Shown here piece by piece: positions 1 through 8,949 of a stretch of DNA of 64,000 bases. Source of the stretch: a virus; IMG/VR virus record IMGVR_UViG_3300050821_006121, positions 1 to 64,000 of that record; one strand, written 5' to 3'. The notes beneath the pieces were generated by a model. It ran no database searches. It saw nothing but the letters and a program-made list of their open reading frames with translations, and was not told where the DNA came from. The position numbers were made by a program, and so were the translations under genes. Within the stretch, counting starts at the first letter, position 1; every line of letters begins with the position of its first letter.

Positions 1-170
1 AGCGCCAGGCATACGGCGCCCAGGCAAACGCAATTCCAGGCGCGGCGCCCTACATGCCGGTGCCGCTGGCCGGACCGAGCTGGGGCGGCGGGAACATCTT
101 CTCGGGCGATGCCTTCGGCGGCACGGCCGCCGCGCCTCTCCCGGGCCTTACTGCGGCGGACTACGGCTAA
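1..170 (+). CDS. 3' end of an upstream virion-module gene (partial at window edge)
   Basis: Open frame from the window edge to TAA 168-170. Gly/Ala/Pro-rich. Shares an RQxxGAQANAIPG motif with the next ORF. Confidence 0.5.
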   Translation, partial: RQAYGAQANAIPGAAPYMPVPLAGPSWGGGNIFSGDAFGGTAAAPLPGLTAADYG

Positions 171-182
171 GCAGGAAAGCGA

Positions 183-2417
183 ATGGCACTAGACCCGTCC
201 AACTTTCTCTCGACGCCCCAGGGCTACGCCACGCCTCAGCAGGTGGGCGGCGCCCAGCAGCTGGCCGAGACCGTGGCCACGCCCCAGCAGATCCAGGCGA
301 TGTACGACTACGCCAAGGCGCTCAAGTCTAGCAGCACCGACCAGCCGGTCCACGCCTGGACCCAGGGCGTCTCGAACGTGGTCAAGGCCCTGATGGGGGG
401 CGTCGAGACCAACCGCGCCGCGGACGCCGAGCGCCAGCGCTTCGGCGCCCAGGCCAACGCAATTCCGGGCGACGACAAGACGTCGAGCCCGGGCGACCTG
501 CCCGGCTTCGGCTCGATCGACACCAACCGGCCCCAGGTGTCGGGCGGCGACGCGCCGTCGAACCCGGCCCTCGCCTACGCGGAGAGCGGAGGCGACGACC
601 AGGCCAAGAACCCGATGTCGTCGGCCACTGGCCGCTACCAGTTCACCGACGGCACCTGGGCCGACGTCATGAAGAAGCACCCGGACCTGGGCCTCACCCC
701 CGACGGCCGCACGGACCCGGCGCAGCAGGAGAAGGCCAAGGCCGCGTTCGACCAGGACAACGGCCGCGCGCTCCAGACCGCCGGCTACGAGGCCTCCCCG
801 ACCAACCTAGGTCTCGCCCACCGCTTCGGCGCCGCGGGCGCGACCAAGGTCTTGGGCGCCGACCCGAGCGCACCCATGAGCTCCATCGAGCCCCAGAACG
901 TCATGGCGGTCAACCCGGACCTCGCCAACGCCACGGCCGGCAGCACGATCCAGAGGTACGCGAGCCTCGGGGCGCCCAGCCTCCCGCCAGACGCCCAGGC
1001 CACGGTCAAGGCGCTGAATCCAAATTCACAGGTTGCCCAGAACGGGCCGATGCAGCCTGGCATGATGCCCCAGGGCGGCCCCCAGGCCACGATCAACCAG
1101 ATGGCCCGCCAGCTCATCATGACCGGCATGCCCCCGGCCCAGGCGCTCCAGACCGCGACCCAGTACGTCCAGAACCAGCTGGCGCTGATGCCCCAGTACC
1201 AGGCCGACGCCTACGGCCGGGAGATGGTGGTGCGCCCCGGAATGCCGCCCCAGTTCACGGGCCGCCAGATGGGCCCGGGCCAGAAGGGCGAGTTCATGGG
1301 CCTCCCGACCACGACCACGGTCGGGCCCGACCAGAGAGAGCACATCCAGATCCAGACGCCGGAGACTGGCCCCGCAACGCCGCCCCCGGGCCCCCAGGGC
1401 GCGGCCGAGGCGCCAGGCAACGTGGGCGCGGCCCAGCCACCCGGGCCGCCCCCGGCGCCCCTGGCCGCGAATGCGCCGCCCTCGGGCGCGGGTCCCGCAA
1501 CGCCCCCGGTCACCGTGGCCGGGCCGCTGCCCCAGGGCACCCAGGTTCCGCAACCACCTGCCGCTGCTCCGGAACCTCCAGCGGCAATAGCCAACGTCAT
1601 GCCTCCGATGCCCTCAGGCCCCAACGTCAAGCCCGAGGACTGGATGGCCTGGGATGCCAATCGCAAGGCCGCTGCGGCGGGAATGCTCAAGGCCGCCGAG
1701 ACATCGAGCGAGGAGGGCAACAAACTCCGCGCCAAGATCATTGACACTGACATGGAGCAGGCTAATAAGTCCTACGACACCCGGGGCACGTTGGCCCTGC
1801 TCAACGACGCCTACAAGAACGGCGGAGACAACATCTCTGGCGGCCCCTGGGGCAACTTCATCCTCCAGGGCAAGCAGTTTCTCAACCAGATGGGAATCGG
1901 GGGTGACTGGGACGAGTTCCAGAAGGGCCTCAACGCGTCCCAGGTCATCAGCAAGCTAAACGCTACCCTGGCCACCCAGATGGTCAAGGAATTGACCAGC
2001 CGTGGCACCCAAATGGAGCTCGCCCTCGGCATGAAGAACAATCCGGGCCTCTTGATGTCTAATCAAGGAGCCCAGTACATGCTCAACATTCTCGATCAAG
2101 TTCAAGATCAGAAGGAAAAGTGGGGCCAGCTCGCGTCACAGTTTGATCCAGGCGACCACAATTATCTCCAGGCCAAGCAGAGGTTCTACGACACCCACCA
2201 AATACTCAGCCCGTTTACCGGAAAGCCGCTTGTTCACGCGGCCGACTGGCAGGCGGACATGGAACAACTGCCCAAGACCTCTAGCATGACCCAAGGGACG
2301 GCACCCCCCGGCATGAACATTCCCCCACCACCCCCTCCCGCTCCGGGCAACTACACCTACGACCCCAAGACCAAGGCCTTTGGTCCCAAGGCCGTGCAGG
2401 CACCGATCTCGCAATGA
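183..2417 (+). CDS. Internal virion/ejection protein with SLT-type lytic transglycosylase domain
   Basis: 744-aa ORF. AESGG..SSATGRYQFTDGTW matches the SLT catalytic E-S / GLMQ-like motif. Long Pro/Gln-rich linkers. ATGA-coupled to the next gene. Confidence 0.7.
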   Translation: MALDPSNFLSTPQGYATPQQVGGAQQLAETVATPQQIQAMYDYAKALKSSSTDQPVHAWTQGVSNVVKALMGGVETNRAADAERQRFGAQANAIPGDDKTSSPGDLPGFGSIDTNRPQVSGGDAPSNPALAYAESGGDDQAKNPMSSATGRYQFTDGTWADVMKKHPDLGLTPDGRTDPAQQEKAKAAFDQDNGRALQTAGYEASPTNLGLAHRFGAAGATKVLGADPSAPMSSIEPQNVMAVNPDLANATAGSTIQRYASLGAPSLPPDAQATVKALNPNSQVAQNGPMQPGMMPQGGPQATINQMARQLIMTGMPPAQALQTATQYVQNQLALMPQYQADAYGREMVVRPGMPPQFTGRQMGPGQKGEFMGLPTTTTVGPDQREHIQIQTPETGPATPPPGPQGAAEAPGNVGAAQPPGPPPAPLAANAPPSGAGPATPPVTVAGPLPQGTQVPQPPAAAPEPPAAIANVMPPMPSGPNVKPEDWMAWDANRKAAAAGMLKAAETSSEEGNKLRAKIIDTDMEQANKSYDTRGTLALLNDAYKNGGDNISGGPWGNFILQGKQFLNQMGIGGDWDEFQKGLNASQVISKLNATLATQMVKELTSRGTQMELALGMKNNPGLLMSNQGAQYMLNILDQVQDQKEKWGQLASQFDPGDHNYLQAKQRFYDTHQILSPFTGKPLVHAADWQADMEQLPKTSSMTQGTAPPGMNIPPPPPPAPGNYTYDPKTKAFGPKAVQAPISQ

Positions 2418-4225
2418 CGGTAACGGTCACGGGCCCCGACGGGTCGACGTTCGACTTTCCGGACGGCACGGCCCAGGACGAGATGACCCAGGCGATGGAT
2501 TCGCACTACGGCGCCGCGTCTCCGACCGAACCCGCGCATAATCCGGACGCCGCGGTCCCGGTTGGCATTGCCGAGGCGTTCGGCTCGGGCATCGTCAAGG
2601 GCGGCGCGGACATCGCGGGCCTGCCCGGAGATGCGAAGGCACTCGTGAACAAGGGCCTGGAAAAAATACTCCCGACACCGCCCCAATCGACGCCGCAAGC
2701 CCCCTCGGACGGGTGGTACGGCAATCTGGTCGGTGGTCTTGAGTCGGTGCGCAAGGCCATAGAGCCGCCAACATCCGAGCAGACCCTCAACGCGGTCAAG
2801 CAGGTCGTTCCGCTCCATGAACCCCAGACCACGGCCGAGAAGTACGCATCGACGGTCGGGGAGTTTCTCCCAGGCGCTATGGCCGCACCAGGCGAGTCCA
2901 TGATCGGCAAGGCGGTCCAGTATGCGGTTGCTCCAGGTCTCGCGTCCGAGGCTGCGGGACAGGCGACAGCCGGGACCTCCATGGAGGCACCGGCCCGCAT
3001 CGCCGCCGGATTCGTGTCCCCCGGTATTGTTCGCAAGGTCGTCACGCCCTTCGGCATCGCACCGGAGCGTCAGGCCATGGTCGACGCACTGCGCGGCGAG
3101 GGCGTCCAGCCCACGGCGGGGCAGGCTACCGGAAGCCAGGGACTCAAGTACTGGGAGGGCGACCTCAACCCGGGCCGCAACGAGCAGCAGGCCGAGCAGT
3201 TCACCCAGGCCGCGCTCAGTCGCATCGGGGTCAACGAACCACGCGCCACCATCGGGCCGAGCGGAAACGTTACCCAGGCAGCCGACCGCATTGGCCAGAA
3301 CTTTGACAATCTCTCATCGCGCAACACGTTGGTTCCTGATCAGCAGCTTGCCGACGACCTGCGCACCACCCATGCCGATTACAACTCGGTCCCCGGACTG
3401 TACCCCCCGGACACGACCAACGCAATCAACGGCGCCATCAGGCGCGTCGCTAACGTCCTGGGCACCTCGGCCAACACCATGATGACCGGGGCCGAGTACC
3501 AGACCCTGAGGTCGCAGCTCAATAAGGCGGCCATGGGGTCGACCAATCCTGCGACGTCGTCGGGGCTTCGCGACGTCGTCGAGCACCTTGACGACGCCAT
3601 GGAAAGATCGATTGCCGCCAACAACCCCGCCGATGCCGGTGCCTGGTCCCAGGCGCGACGCGACTATCGAAATCTCTTAGTCATCGAGAAGGCCAGAGGC
3701 GCGGCAGGAGAGGGCGCCGCGTCCGGCCTGATAACTCCGGCGCAGTTGGCCTCGGCAGCCAAGTCGGTCTACGGCAAGCGCGCCTACCTGCGCGGCTACG
3801 ACGACTTCTCAAACCTCGCCGAGCCTGGGGTTGGGGTTCTTTCCCCGCTCCCCGACTCGGGCACGAGCCAACGCAGCAGAATAAATCAGCTCATTGGCGC
3901 GGGATCTGCGGGCCTCGGTTCCCTCTTGGGAGGCGCGGCCGGGGGGTCGATTATCGGAAGTGCCGCTGGAGGCGGCGAGGGCGGCGTTCTTGGGCTTCTG
4001 CTGGGTCACGAAATGGTCGGCCCGGTGGTCGAACCTGCAATGCGGAAGGCAATCAACAGCGTCCTGATGTCGCGGCCGATGCAGCGCGGCTATCTACCGA
4101 ATAACGCGCTGCCGCAGACGCCACTCAGCGGCGACGCGGCCAAGCAACTGCTCATGGCCAAGATGCTCATGCAGCAGCAGTCACCGCAGTCTCAAGCCCA
4201 GCCTTCGATTCCGGCTCCGCAGTAG
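2414..4225 (+). CDS. Virion structural protein, function unknown
   Basis: 603-aa ORF with high GC3, ATGA overlap with the upstream gene and a Gly-rich C-terminal segment. Confidence 0.6.
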   Translation: MTVTVTGPDGSTFDFPDGTAQDEMTQAMDSHYGAASPTEPAHNPDAAVPVGIAEAFGSGIVKGGADIAGLPGDAKALVNKGLEKILPTPPQSTPQAPSDGWYGNLVGGLESVRKAIEPPTSEQTLNAVKQVVPLHEPQTTAEKYASTVGEFLPGAMAAPGESMIGKAVQYAVAPGLASEAAGQATAGTSMEAPARIAAGFVSPGIVRKVVTPFGIAPERQAMVDALRGEGVQPTAGQATGSQGLKYWEGDLNPGRNEQQAEQFTQAALSRIGVNEPRATIGPSGNVTQAADRIGQNFDNLSSRNTLVPDQQLADDLRTTHADYNSVPGLYPPDTTNAINGAIRRVANVLGTSANTMMTGAEYQTLRSQLNKAAMGSTNPATSSGLRDVVEHLDDAMERSIAANNPADAGAWSQARRDYRNLLVIEKARGAAGEGAASGLITPAQLASAAKSVYGKRAYLRGYDDFSNLAEPGVGVLSPLPDSGTSQRSRINQLIGAGSAGLGSLLGGAAGGSIIGSAAGGGEGGVLGLLLGHEMVGPVVEPAMRKAINSVLMSRPMQRGYLPNNALPQTPLSGDAAKQLLMAKMLMQQQSPQSQAQPSIPAPQ

Positions 4226-4471
4226 GTTAGAGCCAAACGGAATTGTTGGAGGTGGCGTCAGACCTCTCCGGTAGTGCCAAACTCGGCAGTGGATGCCCGA
4301 CAAAATGCGCGCGGCAAAGATGCCCAGCAAGACGGCCAGGTAATTATTGGGGGTCCAGTGCCACACGGCGTTCGACCAGATAACGAGACCGATCAGGCCT
4401 CCTTGGATTAGTTTCCACACGTAGCGCCTATATAAGGCGGTAAGGAATAGATGCCAATGACCAGAGGCCAC
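4181..4471 (-). CDS. Candidate small two-TM membrane protein, antisense between structural genes
   Basis: GTG-start sub-ORF of the 4181..4621 ORF fills the lower-GC gap 4226-4472. Two hydrophobic helices. No clear SD or promoter. Confidence 0.25.
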   Translation of the reverse strand: MASGHWHLFLTALYRRYVWKLIQGGLIGLVIWSNAVWHWTPNNYLAVLLGIFAARILSGIHCRVWHYRRGLTPPPTIPFGSNLLRSRNRRLGLRLR

Positions 4472-4472
4472 A

Positions 4473-5411
4473 TTGCCCCGTAACGGATCAGGTGCATTTA
4501 CACTCGCAGAAGCCGCGTTTGTACCCGGAACAACCATAGAATCTGCGGCAGTCAACGCAGACTTTTCGGACATTGCAAGCGCTCTGACCGATAGCTTAGC
4601 CGCCGACGGCCAGACGACCATGACTGGAGGAATAAAGGCCTACCCGGGATCGGCCACGGGCCCGTCCTACACCTGGGCGTCTTCCCCGACCGACGGCTTC
4701 TACCTGTCGGGCAGCCACCAGATCGGCCTGGCGATCAACGGCGCCTTCGTGGGCTTCTTCAACGCCAACGGGTTCAACACCACGGCGGGCCAGCCGACCG
4801 GGACGCCGATCGGCACCATCAACGACTTCGCCGGCTCCAGCGCCCCGTCGGGCTGGTACCTGTGTTACGGCCAGAACGTCAGCCGCACCACCTATGCGGC
4901 CCTGTTCGCGATCATCGGCACGACCTACGGCGCGGGCGACGGCCTGACCACCTTCGGCCTCCCCGACTGCCGCGGCCGGGCCACGTTCGGCCAGGACAAC
5001 ATGGGCGGAACCCCCGCCAACCGCATAACGGCGGCCGGGGGCAACTTCGACGGCACGGTGCTGGGCGGCTCTGGCGGCTCCCAGAACCAGACCCTGACCA
5101 CGGCCCAGCTCGCGGCCCACAGCCACGGCAACTCGCTCACCGACCCGGGTCACAACCACGCGCTCACCGACCCCGGCCACATCCACACCATATCCCAGAT
5201 CGCCACGGTCGACGGCGGCGGCGTCACCAAGATCGTGGCCCAGGGCGTGGGCGGCTCGGGCACCAGCGTCGCGAGCGCCACCACGGGCATCACGCTCGCC
5301 CCTAACACCACGGGCATCACGATCACCAACGCCAGCGCGGGATCGGGATCGGCCTTCGCCGACCTGTCGCCCGCCATCATCTTCTCCAAGATCATCTTCG
5401 CGGGAGCATAA
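4473..5411 (+). CDS. Tail fibre protein with phage tail-collar domain
   Basis: GTINDFAG..PSGWYLCYGQNVSRTTYAALFAIIGTTYGAGDGLTTFGLPDCRGR is a tail-collar signature. The N-terminus (NGSG..DIASALTDSL) is typical of tail fibres. Confidence 0.8.
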   Translation: MPRNGSGAFTLAEAAFVPGTTIESAAVNADFSDIASALTDSLAADGQTTMTGGIKAYPGSATGPSYTWASSPTDGFYLSGSHQIGLAINGAFVGFFNANGFNTTAGQPTGTPIGTINDFAGSSAPSGWYLCYGQNVSRTTYAALFAIIGTTYGAGDGLTTFGLPDCRGRATFGQDNMGGTPANRITAAGGNFDGTVLGGSGGSQNQTLTTAQLAAHSHGNSLTDPGHNHALTDPGHIHTISQIATVDGGGVTKIVAQGVGGSGTSVASATTGITLAPNTTGITITNASAGSGSAFADLSPAIIFSKIIFAGA

Positions 5412-5414
5412 ACC

Positions 5415-5978
5415 TTGCCATTCCTCAACGGTGTGTACACGCCACCAGACGGCGCTGAGGACGCGGTTCCCGGCGAGGTCATTCGCTCGGCCACCTGGAA
5501 CACGATCTTCACCGACCTGTCCAACGCCCTCACCCAGGTCGGCACGTCCCAGGTTCCCGGCATTCACAATTTGCAGGCGTCGCTGGGCGTATCGCGCATC
5601 TTAATTCTCTCGCGAGGCGTCTCGTTTGCCACGGCGAGCGTGGATACCGCGCTTCCTGTTGTCCTTCCGACAGGATTTACAGAATATGTTGTTAGTAACA
5701 TAAGGCTCGTCAATAACGGTCCAGTAGCCACCTTGACCACGGCAACTTGCGGGGTGTTTACATCGCCAGGGGGCGGTGGGGTAACTGTTGTTAATAGCGG
5801 AGTAGCTGTGACAATTACGTCCAATACTCCAGGCACAAACAATAATACACAACCATTAGGTATTAATAACACAAACACTCAGTATTACACTAATGGTACC
5901 ATTTATTTTAGACTTCTGATCCCGCAAAGTAGTTTGGCAACCTGCAATGTGATGATGGAGATTTCGCCAATTTCATGA
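5415..5978 (+). CDS. Second tail-fibre-like protein with AT-rich C-terminal half
   Basis: N-terminus resembles the N-terminus of the preceding fibre. GC content drops sharply after about 5560. Confidence 0.6.
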   Translation: MPFLNGVYTPPDGAEDAVPGEVIRSATWNTIFTDLSNALTQVGTSQVPGIHNLQASLGVSRILILSRGVSFATASVDTALPVVLPTGFTEYVVSNIRLVNNGPVATLTTATCGVFTSPGGGGVTVVNSGVAVTITSNTPGTNNNTQPLGINNTNTQYYTNGTIYFRLLIPQSSLATCNVMMEISPIS

Positions 5979-6346
5979 AAACTATCATCCTAATTGTTAC
6001 TGCGCTTACATCACCTATTTCTGTCCACGCCGAAGTAGCCTCCATCTACGGCGGACGCGACGGCCTGTGCGGGTCGCGCACCGCGTCGGGCGAGCGTTTC
6101 AACTGCGCGGCCATGACGGCGGCGCACCGGACCTTACCATTCGGGACCTGGGTTCGAGTGACCCACGCCGGGAGGTCGGTCGCGGTCAAAATTAATGATC
6201 GTGGGCCTTGGATACATTCTCGCAGTATTGACTTGTCAGTAGCGGCCGGAAAAAGAATAGGCTGCGCCGGAGTGTGCGAGGTCCAGATCGAGGTCATAGA
6301 CAAGCCCTATACCCCAGAGCGCGGCTTTGGCCGGGGGACGTTCTAG
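5975..6346 (+). CDS. Secreted RlpA-like double-psi beta-barrel (DPBB) protein
   Basis: Signal peptide [19 protein letters not shown]. Motifs [15 protein letters not shown]...[15 protein letters not shown]...VKINDRGP match the RlpA family. Confidence 0.75.
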   Translation: MKTIILIVTALTSPISVHAEVASIYGGRDGLCGSRTASGERFNCAAMTAAHRTLPFGTWVRVTHAGRSVAVKINDRGPWIHSRSIDLSVAAGKRIGCAGVCEVQIEVIDKPYTPERGFGRGTF

Positions 6347-6347
6347 G

Positions 6348-6593
6348 ATGGACATCGACGAGGGCCAGTACCCGCCGCCCCGGCGTAAGCCGCGCGCCTG
6401 GAACGCCCAGCGCAACGGATACGGCTGCTCGATCAGCCGCCCGTGCGCGACCTGGCTCGGAGCGTCGAACCCGACGGAAAATTTAGTGCGACGCGCCCTC
6501 ACCAACCCCAGCGCCTTCATTGCGGTCCAGTGCCACGACGGTGGCCCGGCGATGATATGGCCAATCGACTTTGGAGCATATAGCCAAACATGA
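6348..6593 (+). CDS. Hypothetical protein
   Basis: Starts 2 nt after the rlpA-like stop and ends in an ATGA overlap with the endolysin start. High GC3. Confidence 0.5.
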   Translation: MDIDEGQYPPPRRKPRAWNAQRNGYGCSISRPCATWLGASNPTENLVRRALTNPSAFIAVQCHDGGPAMIWPIDFGAYSQT

Positions 6594-7285
6594 CACAGAT
6601 CAATTTCACTGACCCAACACAGGTCTGCTTCGTGGCCGACTTCTACCACGGCAATCCCGTTGACCTGGAGAAACTTTCCAGGTCAAATTGGAACGGCGTA
6701 AAGTGCCCAGGCGTCATTATGAAGTGCACCCAGGGCGGCGGCTACGTCGACCCGGCCTACCGAGGTCGCGCCGCCCAGGCCACGGCCGCGGGCTTCCTGG
6801 TCGCGGCCTATCACTTCGGGACCGCCGAGCCGGTATCGACCCAGGTCAACAACTTCCTGACCCACGCCCAGCCCACCGACACCACCGGGTTATGGCTCGA
6901 CTACGAGGACAACGCCAGCCAGATGACCCTGGCCCTGGCCATCGCCTTCATGGAAGGCGTCGACCAGGCCACCGGCCGCACCTGCGGTGTCTACTCCGGC
7001 AACACCCTCAAGCAGGCGATCACCAAGGCGACCTCTTCGCAGCGCGACTTCCTGGCGGCCCACGCCTTCTGGCTGGCCGACTACGCGCTGACCCCCGTCA
7101 TGACCGACGTCGACCGGAAACAATTGCCGTGGGACGTTCCGTTCCTGCACCAATTCACTGGCGATAAGGCGGGTCCTGAGCCGCACTCGTTGGACGGCCT
7201 CCAGAACGGGGCCGACCTGTCGATCTTTCGCGGGTCGGCCGAGCAGCTCGCGGCGGCCTGGCCGCTGCCGAAAGTGATCGCATGA
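6590..7285 (+). CDS. Endolysin, glycoside hydrolase family 25 muramidase
   Basis: GH25-like blocks are present: VIMKCTQGGGYVDPAY, VAAYHFG, LWLDYE, WLADY, HQFT. Confidence 0.8.
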   Translation: MTQINFTDPTQVCFVADFYHGNPVDLEKLSRSNWNGVKCPGVIMKCTQGGGYVDPAYRGRAAQATAAGFLVAAYHFGTAEPVSTQVNNFLTHAQPTDTTGLWLDYEDNASQMTLALAIAFMEGVDQATGRTCGVYSGNTLKQAITKATSSQRDFLAAHAFWLADYALTPVMTDVDRKQLPWDVPFLHQFTGDKAGPEPHSLDGLQNGADLSIFRGSAEQLAAAWPLPKVIA

Positions 7286-7968
7286 CCACCGTCGTCCAGT
7301 GCGGCATGCCAGACGAGTTCCGCGTCCTGACGACCATGTTCGGGACCGGCACGCTGGTCCTAAACGGCAGCGACAAGTTCTACCTGTCCAACCGTGACGT
7401 CCTCCCGGCCGCCTGCACCCGCCTCGTCTGCATGGGTGTTGCCGGGGGGCTGAGCCCCGACCTCGTGGTGCCCGACGTGGCCGTGGCCTCGACCGTGGTC
7501 GACCACGCCGGTGACACCGCGTCCGCCGACGCCGCCTGGAACGCCAGGGCCGTCGCGGCGCTGACCGCCTCTGGGATCGTGCCCCACGTCGTGCCCTATT
7601 ACTCGTCCGGGCTGTTCGACGAGGCCGACACCGCCGACCAGCGCGCGGCGATGTACAAGAAATACGGAGCCCACGCCATAGACGACGAGACCCGCTACGT
7701 CGTGGCCGAGGCCGCCAGGCGCGGCATCCCGTTCAACGTGGTGCGCCCGCTGTCCGACGACTACCGCGACACCCTCCCGCTGATGGCGCGGGGCAAGATC
7801 ATGAATCCGGACGGCAGCACGAACCTGGCCTTCCTCCTGTCCGCTCTGGGCCAGGACCAGGGCGCCGGATCCGAGTCGGTCTTCACGGTCGCGGACCACT
7901 ACCGACAATCGATCACCGCGCTGGAGGCCGTGGCCAAGGCGCTCGCAAACCTCGTAGGAGAAAGCTAA
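7282..7968 (+). CDS. PNP/UDP-phosphorylase-superfamily nucleosidase (HpnG / MTA-nucleosidase-like)
   Basis: LVCMGVAGGLSP..VVD and AIDDETRYVVAEAARRGIPFNVVRPLSD resemble the nucleosidase fold. ATGA-coupled to the endolysin. Confidence 0.5.
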   Translation: MTTVVQCGMPDEFRVLTTMFGTGTLVLNGSDKFYLSNRDVLPAACTRLVCMGVAGGLSPDLVVPDVAVASTVVDHAGDTASADAAWNARAVAALTASGIVPHVVPYYSSGLFDEADTADQRAAMYKKYGAHAIDDETRYVVAEAARRGIPFNVVRPLSDDYRDTLPLMARGKIMNPDGSTNLAFLLSALGQDQGAGSESVFTVADHYRQSITALEAVAKALANLVGES

Positions 7969-8150
7969 TGGCTACACAGGCACAGTACGACGCGGCAACC
8001 GCTGCCGCGTCCGCCGTCTTCACAAAATTCATCGAGCAGAACGTCCCCGGCTTCGAGCAGGCCATGGCCGAGAAATTCCTGGGCCAGTGCGTGCCGGGGG
8101 CCGCAAAGGCCGCGGTCGACGCCGCTGCGAAGGTTGGGAGCACAGCATGA
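7968..8150 (+). CDS. Small hypothetical protein
   Basis: 60-aa Ala-rich ORF, coupled by TAATG at its start and ATGA at its end. Confidence 0.5.
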   Translation: MATQAQYDAATAAASAVFTKFIEQNVPGFEQAMAEKFLGQCVPGAAKAAVDAAAKVGSTA

Positions 8151-8566
8151 CCATCCAGACCACTGCCAGCAGGTTTCCCATGCCGACCAGGGCCCAGCTC
8201 GCCACCGCAGGGCGCTACGCGGGCGCTGCGGCAGGTACTGCGGCCTCCGTGGCCGCCGTTCTCGGCGTCATGACCCCGGAGCAGTCTGCCGCCTTCGTGG
8301 CCGACGTCCACGCCATCATCGACGACATGGCCAATCTGTTCGGCGACGTGTCCAAGCTGGTCCTCCTGGTCCTCCCGATTGCGACTCTCTGGCTCGGCAA
8401 GATCGGCTACAACAAGTCCAGCCCGGCGAGTCAGACCGCCGCAGCGGTCGCGGCCGACCCCAAGACAATGATCGCCGCCGTCCAGGCCCTCCCGGCGGCC
8501 CAGGTCACGGTCAGCGACCCCGCGCTGGCGTCGCCCGGCGTCAAGGTGGGACCGGTCGCCCCCTAG
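8147..8566 (+). CDS. Membrane protein, holin candidate
   Basis: Internal ATG at 8147 overlaps the upstream stop. Hydrophobic segments AAGTAASVAAVLGV and LVLLVLPIATLWLG. Sits in the lysis cluster. Confidence 0.45.
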   Translation: MTIQTTASRFPMPTRAQLATAGRYAGAAAGTAASVAAVLGVMTPEQSAAFVADVHAIIDDMANLFGDVSKLVLLVLPIATLWLGKIGYNKSSPASQTAAAVAADPKTMIAAVQALPAAQVTVSDPALASPGVKVGPVAP

Positions 8567-8647
8567 TGCCCATCGAGATGGCCTAGGTCTTTGTCGTGGC
8601 GGCGTTCGCCATCGCCGTGATCCTGGCCGTCGCCGAATAATCGGCGG

Positions 8648-8866
8648 CTAGTGCCCATTCGTGGGATGCCAGACCCACATTCCGTTTTGATCCGGTGAGA
8701 AATGGTACTCACCCAACTTGGCGCCCCGCACATTCAAATCGTCAGGGGCTTTTGCTAAGTTAAACTCCATCGCCGGATCAAACACGTCGAAGTTCTCGGC
8801 AAAGTGGACATGCCATTGTCCAGCCCAGGGGCCGCCCATACACTGCCCAGTGTTTTTAAGTGCCAT
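8648..8866 (-). CDS. Hypothetical protein (antisense moron)
   Basis: 72-aa ORF in a lower-GC island on the strand opposite its neighbours, with its own near-consensus promoter. Confidence 0.55.
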   Translation of the reverse strand: MALKNTGQCMGGPWAGQWHVHFAENFDVFDPAMEFNLAKAPDDLNVRGAKLGEYHFSPDQNGMWVWHPTNGH

Positions 8867-8901
8867 GCTAAACCCCGTGTTAGTCCCTTTTAACCGCCCC
8901 C

Positions 8902-8929
8902 ATTATACCTAAGTCCAAACCACAGTAAA
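8902..8929 (-). promoter_or_regulatory. Sigma70-like promoter TTTACT-N16-TATAAT
   Basis: The reverse complement reads GGGGGTTTACT-16nt-TATAAT, about 35 nt upstream of the ATG at 8866. Confidence 0.55.
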
Positions 8930-8949
8930 CCCCCAACGGAGATCAGAAC

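Noticed and set aside
4596-5567. 323-aa minus-strand ORF
   Set aside because: It is antisense to the tail-collar fibre gene.
6236-6649. 137-aa minus-strand ORF in the rlpA-endolysin gap
   Set aside because: The plus-strand ORF 6348..6593 fits the gap exactly and is ATGA-coupled to the endolysin. The minus ORF would overlap two genes.
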